Program-made: the position numbers and the translations under genes | Assembly (NCBI GenBank): GCA_051294375.1 | Contig: CM119268.1 | Location: 919,218 to 983,217 of the forward strand | Length of the DNA: 64,000 bases | Reading direction: 5' to 3' | Source: Paraspadella gotoi | Taxonomy: Eukaryota > Animalia > Chaetognatha | Shown: positions 62,200 to 64,000 of the stretch, piece by piece | Numbering within the stretch: the stretch's first letter is position 1 | How the letters are laid out: every line of letters begins with the position of its first letter | The notes under the pieces: model-generated | The model's database searches: none | Seen by the model: the letters and a program-made list of their open reading frames with translations, nothing else | What the model was told of the DNA's origin: nothing

Positions 62200-64000
62200 C
62201 CTTTTCCTCTTCTTCCTCTCTTCCTCTCCCCCCCACTAACTCTCATCCCCATTTCCCTCTCTCCCCTCCTCTCCCCATTCCCATCTCCCTCCCTTCTCCC
62301 CATTTCCCTTCTCCCCCTCTCTCCCCATTTCCCTTTTCTCCCTTCTCTCCCCATTTCCCTCTCCCCATCTCTCCCCATTTCCCTTCTCCCCCCTCCTCTC
62401 TCCCATCTTCCCATCCTCCCCTCTCTCCCCATTTCCCCTCCTCTCTCCCCTCTCCTCCCCCATTTCCTTCTCCCCTCTCTCCCCATTTCCTTCTCCCCCT
62501 CTGCTCCCCATTTCTCCCCTCTCCCCCTCTCTCCCCATTTCGCCATCTCCCCCTCTCATCCCCATTTCCCTTCTCCCCCCTCTCTCCCCATTTCCCATCT
62601 CCCCTCTCTCCCCATTTCCCATCCTTCCCCCTCTCTACCCAATTTCCCTTACTTCCCCCTCTTCTCACCCTCTCCCATATCTCCCCTCTCTCCCCATTTC
62701 CTCTCTCGCCCCCTCTCTCCCCATATGTCCTGGCTTCCTCCCCCATCTCTCCCCATTTCCCATCTCCCCTCTCTCCGCCATTTCCCTTCTCCCCCCTCCT
62801 CTCCTCCATTTCCCTTCTCCCCCTCTCTCCGCCACTCTCCCCATTCTCCCCCTCTACTCTCCCATTTCCCTTCTCCCCCTCTCCCTCTCCATTTCGCTTC
62901 TCCCCCTCTCCCTCTCCATCCCCCCGCTCTTCTCCCCGTATTCCCCTTCTCCCTCTCCTTCCCCATTTCCCTATCTCCCCTCTCTCCCCATTTCCCATCT
63001 CCCCCTCTCTCCCATTTCCCCTTTTCCCCCCTCCTCTCCCACACTTTCCCTTCCTCCCCTCTTCCCCCATTTCCCTTCTTCCCCCTCTCTTCCCCATTTC
63101 CCTTCTCCCCTCGCCTCTTCCATTCCCACTCCCCCCCTCCCTCTCATTTCCTTCTCCCCCCTCCCTCTCCATTTCCCTTCTCCCCCGCTCCCCTCTCCAT
63201 TTCGCTTCTCCCCTCTCCCTCTCCATTTCGCTTCTACTCCCCACCCCTCTCCATTTCGCCCTTCTCCCCCTCTCCCTCTCCATTCCGTTCTCCCCCTCCC
63301 TCTCCCATTTCCCTTCTCCCCCCCTTCCCTCTCCATTTCCCTTCTCCCCCCTCCCTTTCTCCATATTCCACTTCTCCCCCCTCCCTCTCCATTTCCCTTC
63401 TCCCCTCTCACCCCTTCCCTTCTCCCATTCTCCCCTCTCTCCCCACCTCCATCTTCCTTCTCACCCCCCTCCCCTTCATCCATTCTCCCTTCCTCCCCCC
63501 TTCTCCCCCCTCTCCATTTCCCTTCTCCTTCCGCTCCCTCTCCATTTCGCTTCTCCCCCTCCTCCCCTCTCCATTTACCCTTCTCCCCTCTCCCATTCGC
63601 TTCTCCATTTCCCTTCTCCCCCCTTCCTCCTCTCCATTTCCCTTCTCCGCCCTCCCCTCTCCCATTTCCCATCTCCCCTCCTCCCCATTTCCCTTCTCCC
63701 CCCTTCTCTCATTTTCCCTTCTCCCCCTCCCTCTCTCCATTTTTCCCTTTTTTTTCTTCCCCGCCCCTCCCTCTCCATTTCTCTTCTCCCCCTCCTCTCC
63801 CATTTCCGCTTCTCCCTCGCCCTCTCCTCTCCATTTCCCTTCCTTCCCCCTTCTCTCCCTCTCCCATTCCTCTTCATCCCCTTCCCTCCCTCTCCATTTC
63901 CCTTCTTCACCCCCCTCCCTCTTCCCATTTCCTTCTCCCGCCCCCTCCATTCGCTCTCCCTTCTCTCCATTTCTTCCCTCCTCTCCCTCCTTCCGCCTGC
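62200..64000. repeat. Degenerate polypyrimidine minisatellite (CTCTCCCCATTTCCCTTCTCCCC-type), runs off the window end
   Basis: C/T-dominated with recurring CCATTTCCC. Source of the G/E/R-rich minus-strand pseudo-ORFs. Confidence 0.9.

Noticed and set aside
62196-63970. Several 116-373 aa Gly/Glu/Arg-rich minus-strand ORFs
   Set aside because: A polypurine strand of a degenerate repeat that is open in multiple frames.
1-64000. tRNA, rRNA, snRNA genes and autonomous transposase or reverse transcriptase ORFs
   Set aside because: None recognised by eye. tRNAscan-SE, Infernal and a TE-protein BLASTX would be needed to exclude degenerate copies.

Overview
This is eukaryotic (non-vertebrate animal, CpG-rich) genomic DNA from a gapped, partly error-prone assembly. 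It is not prokaryotic. The only protein-coding gene I can support is the 5' end of a Pez/PTPN14/PTPN21-type FERM-domain tyrosine phosphatase on the + strand. It has three coding exons (15726-15899, 21947-22065, 23175-23225) that encode about 115 aa colinear with the human PTPN14 N-terminus, and exon 3 is present twice (second copy 24119-24169). I found no fourth exon before the window ends, so about 40 kb downstream is probably intron. That space holds Helentron-associated (HINE/DINE-1/Pearl-like) non-autonomous elements, a second hairpin-ended dispersed repeat, a ~1.8-kb long-TIR foldback element with telomere-like internal hexamers, and many mini- and microsatellites. Several of these satellites are homotypic arrays of known motifs (FOX, YY1+GAGA, CACCC/G4, UGCAUG). 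Four large duplications (0.94 kb tandem, 4.4 kb tandem, foldback pair, 5.5 kb palindrome) show indel noise, and three sit beside 25-N gaps, so they are more likely assembly or gap-filling artefacts than biology. Nearly all ORFs in the supplied track are translations of low-complexity repeats. I see no convincing novel multi-gene system. The best leads are regulatory or transposon-structural and are labelled as inference.
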